Positions 1 to 7,836 of a stretch of 64,000 nt of DNA are shown here, piece by piece. A program made the translations under genes and the position numbers. The stretch is from positions 1-64,000 of IMG/VR virus record IMGVR_UViG_3300033475_000012; one strand, given 5' to 3'. A model generated the notes under the pieces. The model made no database searches, was not told where the DNA came from, and worked only from the letters and a program-made list of their open reading frames with translations. Source of the stretch: a virus (lineage: Duplodnaviria; Caudoviricetes). Position 1 is the first letter of the stretch; the number at the start of each line of letters is the position of its first letter.

Positions 1-52
1 TCTTTGTTTTGTCATCGATACTTAATTAAATCATATTAAAGACTAAATTTTT

Positions 53-220
53 ATGCCAACGTATACAGTTAAATACCAAGCTGGCACCTATAGTGGCAAA
101 CGAACGGTGAACGCTGAAGATGAGGAAAATGCTATTGCAAAAGTTCGTTCGGAAGTCAGAAAAAGCATGACTTGGCCAATGTACTATGACAGTTACAGGA
201 TTGTAATACTGAAAACATAG
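53..220 (+). CDS. small hypothetical protein (55 aa, MPTYTVKYQAG...)
   Basis: Translated by hand from ATG at 53 to TAG at 218-220; first of a run of co-oriented small genes; below ORF-track cutoff. Confidence 0.6.
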   Translation: MPTYTVKYQAGTYSGKRTVNAEDEENAIAKVRSEVRKSMTWPMYYDSYRIVILKT

Positions 221-294
221 AATAAAAATATCTCGCCTGCTGGACACCCGATAGCCTAACCCGCATCGGGTTAAGGCGGTAAAAAACGTCAACC

Positions 295-519
295 ATGCAT
301 ATAAGAAGCTATAGTGTAACGCTAATCCAAGAAGGCAAACAAATAGCCGATATAGACTTAGATGCGGAAAATAAGAAAGACGCATATGCCGTTGGAAAGT
401 TCTTGGCAGAAAATATTTCCTTGGTACTTAGCGGCCATTATCGCGGAATGGGATTATCCGATCATTCTAAACCACCAAAGATAAAAGTACACGTATCTAA
501 TTATCAACCTAAAAAATAA
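295..519 (+). CDS. hypothetical early protein
   Basis: 74-aa ORF in a tightly packed + strand run. Confidence 0.65.
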   Translation: MHIRSYSVTLIQEGKQIADIDLDAENKKDAYAVGKFLAENISLVLSGHYRGMGLSDHSKPPKIKVHVSNYQPKK

Positions 520-524
520 TTTCC

Positions 525-755
525 ATGTCAGATAAACAACTATCCAAAAAGAAACGGAAAGACATTGCTAAGATGTGGATGGCCGGGGTTGTTTTGGCGA
601 CAGGTGGCGATGCGATTGGGCCAGATCTTTCGGATGACGATATAGAGGGTATTTTGGAAGAAGTAGAAAAAATTGGCAATCGGATTCTAGGCGATAGGCC
701 ACTTTTCGGCGACTTAACCAAGATTATTAAATACGTAAAACAAAATAATTACTAA
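525..755 (+). CDS. hypothetical early protein
   Basis: 76-aa ORF; stop overlaps next start (TAATG). Confidence 0.7.
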   Translation: MSDKQLSKKKRKDIAKMWMAGVVLATGGDAIGPDLSDDDIEGILEEVEKIGNRILGDRPLFGDLTKIIKYVKQNNY

Positions 756-1036
756 TGAGCACCAAACAACTATCCCCAGCAGAAATAGAAGCTAACAAAA
801 GATGGCCTACCAATCCACATGTTATGGATTATAATGATCGAAACAAAAGGCAATCTTTTATTGAAGGGGCTAAATGGCAAAAAGAACAAGATAAAGAGCT
901 TTGGAGCAATTTATCCGGGTTAGTTAATATGGTGGAGAAGTTTATCCATCATGGCAAATGCCAGCCCGTTATCGATGTTAACGACCCTCTTTTGATCCGC
1001 TGCCATGAATCTATCAACAAATATCTAAACCAATAA
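755..1036 (+). CDS. hypothetical phage protein
   Basis: 93 aa, translationally coupled; contains 'RQSFIEGAKWQKEQ', a motif type common in small Bacteroidota phage proteins. Confidence 0.7.
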   Translation: MSTKQLSPAEIEANKRWPTNPHVMDYNDRNKRQSFIEGAKWQKEQDKELWSNLSGLVNMVEKFIHHGKCQPVIDVNDPLLIRCHESINKYLNQ

Positions 1037-1043
1037 GTATTTT

Positions 1044-1363
1044 ATGTCAGAAAATAGATTTTACTCCCGGGCCATGGAAAGTTCGTTTTCTTCATGCAAG
1101 CGACCCGGAATCTGATTTTTTTGTAGAGGCTCCGAAAACAAACAAAAAAGCAGGCTACAACATCGAAGTATTAGGGTCGGAAGATGGACAAAATTATGAG
1201 AGAACAGAAATTGGCCGATGCTTATCTAGTCGCTTCGGCTCCCGAATTACTCGAAGCCTTGCAGGAATTAACTGACTATGTCGAAAATCAGGCTCTTTGG
1301 GATAAGTGCGGGCAATCCTATTACAAAGCTAAAGCAGCCATCAAAAAATCCTTAAATAAATAA
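1044..1363 (+). pseudogene. frameshifted TPGPW...APELLEAL-type small phage protein (pseudogene or sequencing error)
   Basis: MSENRF (first frame), TPGPWKVRF...NYE (second frame), EQKLADAYLVASAPELLEAL...* (third frame); breaks at TTTT 1059-1062 and in the GAGAGA run near 1198-1203. Confidence 0.65.
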
Positions 1364-1367
1364 TCTC

Positions 1368-1526
1368 ATGCAAATAGATTACTCGCCGTGGTATTTTAAA
1401 AAAATGCCTATAGCGATTACGCAAGATAATGTAAAAAGAGATGTTATATTATTTTTGTCTTGGTCAGCCCAAATCCACACATCTCCATACACCGTAGCTG
1501 TATTTCGCATAAAACCTAAAACATAA
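1368..1526 (+). CDS. small hypothetical protein (52 aa)
   Basis: Hand-translated ATG..TAA filling the gap between neighbours. Confidence 0.5.
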   Translation: MQIDYSPWYFKKMPIAITQDNVKRDVILFLSWSAQIHTSPYTVAVFRIKPKT

Positions 1527-1529
1527 ATA

Positions 1530-1763
1530 ATGGATAACTTAAATCAGACCGCTTTCCCGTTTGTCAATCAAACGGGCAGCTCCTTAGAGGATAGAGAAAT
1601 ATTTTATGGATTATCTAAACTTGAATACGCTTCTCTAGTACTCGCGAGCGGATTTATGGCCCGTGAAATGCCGGCAGGGCAAATAACAAATTTGGATAAA
1701 GTAGCCGAAATTTCGGTAAAATTAGCTAAGATTATCCTAAAACTAGTCAACAAAAACAAATAG
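1530..1763 (+). CDS. hypothetical phage protein
   Basis: 77 aa; 'TAFP...YGLSKLEYA' resembles a widespread small phage protein family. Confidence 0.7.
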   Translation: MDNLNQTAFPFVNQTGSSLEDREIFYGLSKLEYASLVLASGFMAREMPAGQITNLDKVAEISVKLAKIILKLVNKNK

Positions 1764-1766
1764 CCT

Positions 1767-1874
1767 ATGTCACATCCTTATATAGCCATTTTAAGTGCCG
1801 TTGGTTGGATTCTTTTGTACGGTGCTATTCGTCAACGTTATTACTTTAAAAAACAAAGAAAATGCAACAATTAA
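1767..1874 (+). CDS. small single-TM peptide (35 aa)
   Basis: MSHPYIAILSAVGWILLYGAIRQRYYFKKQRKCNN; hydrophobic stretch then basic tail. Confidence 0.4.
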   Translation: MSHPYIAILSAVGWILLYGAIRQRYYFKKQRKCNN

Positions 1875-2050
1875 CCCTACTTGAATTTCAGGTATTGACA
1901 TCGATTAAGATGGGCGACAAAAATTCTGTCCTATTCCCGAATACCATTATCCGACTAGAAGATATGGGCTTGGTGAAAAAGAGTAGAGGAAAATACAAAA
2001 TCATTCCCGGATCTACATACAATTACTGTGGTAACTCTTATAAATTATAA
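1862..2050 (+). CDS. hypothetical protein, possible small winged-helix
   Basis: 62 aa; 'IIRLEDMGLVKKSRGKYKI' resembles a wHTH wing. Confidence 0.5.
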   Translation: MQQLTLLEFQVLTSIKMGDKNSVLFPNTIIRLEDMGLVKKSRGKYKIIPGSTYNYCGNSYKL

Positions 2051-2055
2051 CGACA

Positions 2056-2259
2056 ATGGAAACAAAGTTTTTTGAGATGCAACTAACCACCGCCAAAAGT
2101 TGCGAAAATATAGGTGATATTATCAAGCTACCGTATGTCTTAATCCCTGGCGATATAGTAACGCTTCCATCAGGAGCCTACGAGGTTATCCATAGAGGAA
2201 TCGCGCCCTCTCCTGCTGTTCCTTATTATTTAGTAATCTTCGTTAAACCTATACTTTAA
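2056..2259 (+). CDS. hypothetical protein
   Basis: 67-aa ORF coupled to next gene. Confidence 0.65.
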   Translation: METKFFEMQLTTAKSCENIGDIIKLPYVLIPGDIVTLPSGAYEVIHRGIAPSPAVPYYLVIFVKPIL

Positions 2260-2504
2260 TGGAAAAGACAATCACTCATAACAGAACCCCTTATCAGCAA
2301 TCAATTATGACTGCAACCTACCCTGGCGTAGCAAGAGAGGCTATAATAAGAGGATTTGATGGATCATGGGAAAGACTCATTGCTCAGCGTCTTCGCATTG
2401 ACGCCAAATCTGGAATATCTGAAGCTGAAGTATTACTTCAATACTGTGAAGGAGATGCGCTAAAGGCTGCTTATTTGGTCACTAATTCAAAAATTATATC
2501 ATGA
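2259..2504 (+). CDS. hypothetical protein
   Basis: 81 aa, overlapping stop/start on both sides. Confidence 0.6.
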   Translation: MEKTITHNRTPYQQSIMTATYPGVAREAIIRGFDGSWERLIAQRLRIDAKSGISEAEVLLQYCEGDALKAAYLVTNSKIIS

Positions 2505-2788
2505 CCACCACCAAACAACGAAAAAAGATATACCAATCGGCATTAAAGATGCTCGCAAATGGTACTACAGGGGGCATGTGCTGGGTCATTGGAATATCTA
2601 CCCACAAGGGAAAGAATTTCGATTGGGACGATATAGAATCCCCTCACTTTCCTGAATTTCATTTACTTCACCCGATTAAAAACGGAGATAGATTTAATTG
2701 GAATATATCTTCCGAATGTTTGGACAAGACACAAGAAAACTCGCTTCGCCAAACAATATTAGCCTTTTGCATAGCTATATGTGAATAA
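2501..2788 (+). CDS. hypothetical protein
   Basis: 95 aa; last + strand gene before the terminator. Confidence 0.65.
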   Translation: MTTTKQRKKIYQSALKMLANGTTGGMCWVIGISTHKGKNFDWDDIESPHFPEFHLLHPIKNGDRFNWNISSECLDKTQENSLRQTILAFCIAICE

Positions 2789-2809
2789 ATTGGACGGTTT
2801 AATAAACAG

Positions 2810-2848
2810 AATAAGGCCCGGTAAGTATTTATACCGGGCCTTTATTTG
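2810..2848. terminator. bidirectional intrinsic terminator
   Basis: AGGCCCGGTA (2814-2823) / TACCGGGCCT (2832-2841) 10-bp stem with A/T-rich flanks between convergent genes. Confidence 0.8.
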
Positions 2849-2864
2849 TTCTATCATGTGTAGA

Positions 2865-4118
2865 CTATACTTTTGCTTTGATATGGGCGACGACTTTAGC
2901 CTGTAGTTCTTTCACCTCGACCAGCAGTTTTTTATACTTGGCACTTTTCATGTCTGGATAAATCAGACCTTCTATTTGAGTGACTATAGACTGGAATTTA
3001 TCCTTGTCTGAAGCCTTGGCTAGGCGTTCTTGTTCTTGTCTTTCTTCCTCTTCTTTACTGGCTTTTTCTTCGGCTAATGCTTTTTCAGCAGCTTCCTTGC
3101 GGATGCGTTCAACTTCGGCCTGACGTCGGTCTTCTTCCTCGTTAGCCCTTTTTTCTTCAGCAATCCGACGTTCTTCCAACACCTGCTCCGCTTCGGCATT
3201 ATGCTTATCTCGGAGTTTGGCGAATGCCTCATCTGATATAGATACCCCCTCTTCGAACGTTATAACTAAGTTCTCGGGATTGTCTTGATCCTGCCACTTC
3301 CATTTTTTAAACAAGAATTGCCCATTGCCGCCAACTTCTTTCAATTCGGCTGTTCTTTTGCGCCATAAAGTCAATTCCGCTTGATCTTTAAAAAGTTTGG
3401 CTCGCTGTTCGGCTTCCCGCTGCTGTTTTTCAATTTCTTGACGTTTGCGCTCCAACTCTTGTTCTTTTTCCCGGATAATCCGGTCAGCCTCTTCCTGCTT
3501 TTCGCGCAGGGTCTTTAGTTCGATACGGTCCCTTTCAGCCTGTTCATCCTTCTCTTTCTGCAAACGGTCGGCTTCTGTCTTGGCTACCACCTCCTTTTCA
3601 TGTTCCTGTCTGGCATTATCAACGACCTTTTCGAATTGATCATCATCAATACCTTTAAGGAAATTGATGTCAATGGCATAGCCGTACTCAGCCAGCCGAT
3701 CAATGCGAGTCTGAATTCGTTTCTCCTCTTTCTCCTGTTCTTCTCGCTTGATACGTTCTATTTCGGAATCTACCCAGTCTTCCTTTGATTTTAGGGCCTT
3801 TTCTGTTGGCTCGATGATATCGACTAATTCATTCTCCTTAGCCGAAATGGACTTGGAAACCTTAGTGAGCGGGTCCCGCATGGCCTTACCTTCGTTTTGG
3901 ATATCAACGCGCGCTTTCTTCAGTTCCTTACGCAACGTAGACACCTGCTTAATGCCGTCCTTATCATCTACGCCTTTTATCTCTAAACCATCTGCCTTAT
4001 CTTTTAAAGCAGTAAGTTCGGCCTTCCGAGTTTCGAAGGCCGCAAGTCCTGAAGAAATATTCTCAAAAATAATGGCGACCTCACTTTGGGGTTCTACCAC
4101 GGATAAATCCTTTGACAT
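2865..4118 (-). CDS. long coiled-coil protein (DUF1351-like, recombination module)
   Basis: Likely start MSKDLSVVEP at 4118, since the longer ORF overlaps the exonuclease; E/K/R-rich heptads; adjacent to exonuclease. Confidence 0.7.
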   Translation of the reverse strand: MSKDLSVVEPQSEVAIIFENISSGLAAFETRKAELTALKDKADGLEIKGVDDKDGIKQVSTLRKELKKARVDIQNEGKAMRDPLTKVSKSISAKENELVDIIEPTEKALKSKEDWVDSEIERIKREEQEKEEKRIQTRIDRLAEYGYAIDINFLKGIDDDQFEKVVDNARQEHEKEVVAKTEADRLQKEKDEQAERDRIELKTLREKQEEADRIIREKEQELERKRQEIEKQQREAEQRAKLFKDQAELTLWRKRTAELKEVGGNGQFLFKKWKWQDQDNPENLVITFEEGVSISDEAFAKLRDKHNAEAEQVLEERRIAEEKRANEEEDRRQAEVERIRKEAAEKALAEEKASKEEEERQEQERLAKASDKDKFQSIVTQIEGLIYPDMKSAKYKKLLVEVKELQAKVVAHIKAKV

Positions 4119-4123
4119 TTGTG

Positions 4124-4945
4124 TTATTTTATTTTGATGAGTGGAATTTCGGCTGCGGTTACTATTCGCTGCGGTGTTTTCCGGTGCAAACGCTCGATCT
4201 CGGATAAGAATTCGCGGGCTTTGGTTACCTTTTGGGGAATAAGGACAATCATCTCGTCGTTTCGTGGGACGTCTTTTCGGATCATCCGCTCTTCCAGCGG
4301 GATATAGTCTTCTACGATCAATTCCCGCTTTAATTTTTCCAGTTCTACTAGATACTTGGGGTCTTCTTCCCAAATGACGCCGCTCCGGAAATAAGCCTTC
4401 TTTTGCTCTTCCAGATACAATTCTTCCGGGCAGTCTACCAAGACCCAGCTTACCCGGGCAGCAGGCTTATTATATAGCCACATGTACCCGTTTTGTTGGC
4501 AATCGTACTCCTTGGACACCGGTGTAAACAACCAAGGGAGAAGGGTTATCATTGACCACGGCGCTTTTACGTCCTCGATAATATCGCTTTCTATATCACA
4601 CTCTCCTTGTATCCAATCGTTCTCTTTTCGGACGGTGTTTTTCACATATTCCTTCCTGTCAACGGCCGAAAGTATGTCGATGATCTTCCCCTCGACCATT
4701 TTCCCCTTTTTCATCTCCTTGGTCTCGACCTCAGTCTTAATCCCGTACTTCCATTCTTGGTAAACCTCGTATAAATGGGTCTTGGCCGTCTGGCTAAGGT
4801 TCCCTTTCTCCTTATCCTCCTTTAATTTGGGCTCCGTGAACAGATAATGGAGATTGCTACAGCGGCATTTCCAAGTGTCCCATCTTGTGCTATCGTCGTC
4901 TGGGTTCATTTCCAATATATTCGCCATTGCCAAATTTCCGTCCAT
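4124..4945 (-). CDS. YqaJ/lambda-exonuclease-like PD-(D/E)XK nuclease
   Basis: Motifs 'RCSNLH', 'MKKGKMVE', 'IQGECDI', 'EDVKAPWS', 'YDCQQNGYMWLY'. Confidence 0.8.
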   Translation of the reverse strand: MDGNLAMANILEMNPDDDSTRWDTWKCRCSNLHYLFTEPKLKEDKEKGNLSQTAKTHLYEVYQEWKYGIKTEVETKEMKKGKMVEGKIIDILSAVDRKEYVKNTVRKENDWIQGECDIESDIIEDVKAPWSMITLLPWLFTPVSKEYDCQQNGYMWLYNKPAARVSWVLVDCPEELYLEEQKKAYFRSGVIWEEDPKYLVELEKLKRELIVEDYIPLEERMIRKDVPRNDEMIVLIPQKVTKAREFLSEIERLHRKTPQRIVTAAEIPLIKIK

Positions 4946-4965
4946 ACAGTTTTTATTTAGACAAA

Positions 4966-5208
4966 TCAGTTGTGATCATTTTGGGTAGGCGTAGCGGTAA
5001 AGTAATCCGCAGATTTGCCGGGCTCCGGCTTCGCCGAATCCCAAACGAAGCCATATTTATGACCCATCCGTTTCCAAAATTCATTTGCCGCTTCTTGTGG
5101 GCCATCGCCAGTCCATGTGTTGCCTATTTTCATTACTGGCTCACGTCTGGATGCGATTTCCTTTATTTCCGAAAACTCTTCTGGGGTTAATTGATATTCT
5201 GTATTCAT
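4966..5208 (-). CDS. hypothetical protein
   Basis: 80-aa ORF in minus-strand run. Confidence 0.65.
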   Translation of the reverse strand: MNTEYQLTPEEFSEIKEIASRREPVMKIGNTWTGDGPQEAANEFWKRMGHKYGFVWDSAKPEPGKSADYFTATPTQNDHN

Positions 5209-5241
5209 AACGTTTATGTATTATTTATTTTTGTTTCGCAA

Positions 5242-5583
5242 TTAGCGTTTGTTCTTCTCAGTGTGAAGATATCTATCAGCCCAACTAGCAAAATCGGGAA
5301 AGTTCTCCTGAATCTTTGCTGATATTTTACGAACCATCTTTTTTTTCGGGATATTCCATTTTTTGTGCATTGCATAGGTTCGTAAAACGCTTTCTTGGCC
5401 GACTTGGGACTTAACCCCTTTCCTGCTTAAAAAGACGACTACTCCATGTGTAGTACCTTTCTTTCCTTTCTCCCAAGGCAAAGAACCATCCAGCGTGCGA
5501 GGTATGCCTTTGCCCCGACCAATATACTCACCAGTATAAAAGTCCATATCTCCGTTGATCATCATGTCTGCGATATCTCCCAT
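5242..5583 (-). CDS. hypothetical phage protein
   Basis: 113 aa; 'MGDIADMMING' N-terminus typical of a common small phage family. Confidence 0.7.
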   Translation of the reverse strand: MGDIADMMINGDMDFYTGEYIGRGKGIPRTLDGSLPWEKGKKGTTHGVVVFLSRKGVKSQVGQESVLRTYAMHKKWNIPKKKMVRKISAKIQENFPDFASWADRYLHTEKNKR

Positions 5584-5608
5584 AAATTGATATTTTTGAT
5601 AACGGTTA

Positions 5609-6031
5609 TTACTTGTTAATACACAATTCGTCTAATCTATTTTTATAATGAATCATCAGTTTACCAGGAAGGATATCGTATTTTGCTTTAGCTTCGATTA
5701 ATTGTTCAACCGTCTGGGCGTTATCGAAGTCTATTTCAGCGCGTTCCCATTCTTTGTTATACGATTGTGGTGCTGCCGGGCCAATTGGTGGCGTTTCTCG
5801 AATAGAGCCAGATACTACCTCATTAGTTACTTGCCCTCTCATAGAATCCGCTTCTATTTTTAATTTAGCTGCGACGGCTTCTAATTGTTTATTGGCTTCC
5901 AGCATTCCGTTTTCTACCGGATTAGATAGATTTTCATGCATGGATATATCGGCTTCTATTTGGAGCGTGGTATCCAGAAAATTGGAATAAATAGAAAACT
6001 TTCGCTGAACTAATATACTTTTGTATTTCAT
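5609..6031 (-). CDS. hypothetical protein
   Basis: Likely ATG start at 6031 (MKYKSIL...). Confidence 0.65.
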   Translation of the reverse strand: MKYKSILVQRKFSIYSNFLDTTLQIEADISMHENLSNPVENGMLEANKQLEAVAAKLKIEADSMRGQVTNEVVSGSIRETPPIGPAAPQSYNKEWERAEIDFDNAQTVEQLIEAKAKYDILPGKLMIHYKNRLDELCINK

Positions 6032-6068
6032 AATTAAAAAGTTGGCCCGCATAGAAAATCACCTGGTG

Positions 6069-6132
6069 TGGAGAAGAGAGGGATCGACCCCCTACACGCC
6101 GTCGCGCGTTCTGCCAATTAAACTACTTCCCC
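6069..6132 (-). ncRNA. 64-nt tRNA-like RNA lacking an anticodon arm
   Basis: GGGGAAG-TA-GTTT AATTGGCA GAAC-G-CGCG ACGG CGTG-T-AGGGG GTCGATC CCTCT-CTTCTCC-A: acceptor, D and T arms pair; a 4-bp tetraloop hairpin replaces the anticodon and variable arms. Confidence 0.7.
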
Positions 6133-6135
6133 ATA

Positions 6136-6155
6136 CCCGTCTTTCCGGGCTGTCC
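6136..6155 (-). repeat. GRCA-stem-GAAAGA hairpin, copy 1
   Basis: GGACA GCCCG GAAAGA CGGG, ending 3 nt before the tRNA-like RNA. Confidence 0.7.
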
Positions 6156-6274
6156 CGATTTGCAGATGTGCCGGACAATTGGTTTTGCTGGTCATCCTTC
6201 AGGAAGTTCGCTCCTATACTGCAATCTGGCACTTCTCTTCCTTAGCATTGCAGCGGAGAAATAAGTTTTAAAAA

Positions 6275-6298
6275 GTGCCGGTCTGTTCCCGGCTGCCA
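6275..6298 (-). repeat. GRCA-stem-GAAAGA hairpin, copy 2
   Basis: GGCA GCCGG GAACAGA CCGGC. Confidence 0.65.
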
Positions 6299-6439
6299 CC
6301 ATTAGTTTACGTCCTTATGGGCAAATCTATGGAGCGGCCCGCTGAAGCTTAGACGTTTTGCCGTTGAACCTATCTAACGCTTTAGTCAACGATTGGTAGG
6401 AGGAAGAAGACCGAAGTCTTGCCCATTAGACCAATATCG

Positions 6440-6549
6440 TGCCTCCCGGCCGGATTCGAACCGGCACCCATATCCTACTCAACGTTTTTTCAAATATGGG
6501 CCTTCGTATAGAGCATATACGACGCGTCTACCAATTCCGCCACGTAGGC
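6440..6549 (-). tRNA. non-canonical tRNA-Leu-like RNA (110 nt); probably not a decoding tRNA
   Basis: Leu-type 5' end GCCTACG-TG-GCGGAATTGGTAGACGC and T arm GCCGG-TTCGAAT-CCGGC; anticodon arm is a 7-bp stem with 5-nt loop; enlarged variable arm; 1x2 internal loop in acceptor stem; no encoded CCA. Confidence 0.65.
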
Positions 6550-6552
6550 AAA

Positions 6553-6572
6553 TGCCGTCTTTCCGGCTGTCA
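6553..6572 (-). repeat. GRCA-stem-GAAAGA hairpin, copy 3
   Basis: TGACA GCCG GAAAGA CGGC, stem ending 4 nt before the Leu-like RNA. Confidence 0.7.
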
Positions 6573-7048
6573 GGCTTCTTTTTTCGTGTTTTCAAGGTAT
6601 TGGGACGGACTAGGAGTCATCCCTCATGCCTTACTCACGGCATTCACTCACTGGAAAAAGTCAAACCGCTGTAAGTTTTGCACCCGTGGACGGCCGCGCC
6701 CCTACATTCCCGTTGGACGATAATTTCAGCAATAAGTTTTGCGGGGCGCTCTTCCAAGGACTACTCGCATTCCCGCGCCCGAGGCACGACTGCATTGCAC
6801 CTATAGAGCCTCTGAATGGGTCTTATAACTTTCCCTTCGTTTTTCGGTGATGCTTTAAGTAGAGCGCAGCCTTTAATTGCCCGCAATATATTTAAAGAAC
6901 TAACTTTTCAAAAATGGGAGCCGGTTATTCCTGTGTTGCTCCGACTCCCTTACCCTATGCTGAACGACCCACGAAAGTAATTTTAAAAGCCCCGTTTTGC
7001 CAAGAATGGTTATCCGGGGCCTATTGCTTGCTTGTCTGTCAGAAACAA

Positions 7049-7171
7049 TTATTTCATGCCACCATAATGGCTACGTACCCAATCGCATGAATTATGAGAA
7101 CTTGAACAACTCGAAATCAGAGCGCTAACCAATAAGGATATAATACCTACGTAAAAGAATGCTTTTTTCAT
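7049..7171 (-). CDS. tiny lipoprotein (40 aa, SPase II lipobox)
   Basis: MKKAFFYVGIISLLVSALISS|CSSSHNSCDWVRSHYGGMK, translated by hand. Confidence 0.65.
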   Translation of the reverse strand: MKKAFFYVGIISLLVSALISSCSSSHNSCDWVRSHYGGMK

Positions 7172-7185
7172 GATTTATATGGGTT

Positions 7186-7386
7186 TTAATTTTCTTGTGT
7201 TTCCTGCAATTCAGGATAATCTATTTCTGTTTCCGGAAATTCTTTATAGAATACATACATATTATCCCAGTATCGGCGATGGCGGCCTTTCCACTTCTTT
7301 TCTTCTCGTTTGCCTTTAACGACTAAGTATATAAGGGCCACCGCAATGCAACCACCAGCAATTAATAGGTAATATATAAAAGACAT
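7186..7386 (-). CDS. single-TM membrane protein
   Basis: N-terminal hydrophobic helix followed by basic residues. Confidence 0.65.
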   Translation of the reverse strand: MSFIYYLLIAGGCIAVALIYLVVKGKREEKKWKGRHRRYWDNMYVFYKEFPETEIDYPELQETQEN

Positions 7387-7431
7387 GGCTTTAGGATTTT
7401 TAGCATTAGGATAGAGAACGGGAAAAACGGG

Positions 7432-7605
7432 TTAAGAATTTACATACTCCGTCAGCAAATCAACCATTTTGCGGCTCAAATTTGTCCTCTCCTTGGGGGT
7501 TTTTGCTTTCAAATTTTCCTTATCTATTTTTCTTTTTACCGATAGCATAAGAGATGGATCTATTCTAAACGCGTAACTCGCCTTTTTGTCTTTTTCGCCT
7601 TTCAT
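7432..7605 (-). CDS. ribbon-helix-helix (Arc/MetJ-like) regulator, 57 aa
   Basis: MKGEKDKKASYAFRIDPSLMLSVKRKIDKENLKAKTPKERTNLSRKMVDLLTEYVNS: beta strand YAFRI plus two helices. Confidence 0.6.
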   Translation of the reverse strand: MKGEKDKKASYAFRIDPSLMLSVKRKIDKENLKAKTPKERTNLSRKMVDLLTEYVNS

Positions 7606-7609
7606 GCCA

Positions 7610-7640
7610 CTAAAGTAGTAAAATCTTTTTATCTTACAAA
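7610..7640 (-). promoter_or_regulatory. Bacteroidota sigma70-type promoter, nearly leaderless
   Basis: TTTG-N19-TACTTTAG (consensus TTTG-N19-21-TAnnTTTG), 4 nt before the RHH ATG; AAAATCTTTT direct repeats nearby. Confidence 0.55.
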
Positions 7641-7836
7641 AAAAATCTTTTAAATATTTTTACTATCTTAGTCTTTCAAACAGCGGGAATCTCTTGAAAC
7701 AGCCGCATTTTTTAATTATCAAAAAAAGATCAACATCATAAAAATTACCGAAAGCAGGATTCGTGGCCCCACTACTCCCTAATTATAATAATTAAATATT
7801 AGCAGAAAGGATACAATAATAATGAATTACTATAAG

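Noticed and set aside
4119-4373. N-terminal extension of the 502-aa ORF
   Set aside because: It overlaps the exonuclease in another frame; the ATG at 4118 follows that gene's stop by 5 nt. The extensions on 18371..19705, 19635..20531 and 13913..17467 were trimmed for the same reason.
6599-6720. Additional tRNAs (…CTAGTCCGTCCCA and …CCACGGGTGCA 3'-like ends)
   Set aside because: No TTCGA T-loop, D arm or complementary 5' acceptor strand.
6161-6830. Specific hammerhead or HDV/theta ribozyme calls
   Set aside because: Only partial cores (CTGAAG, CCTCG, GCAAA) are present; the required stems could not be assembled.
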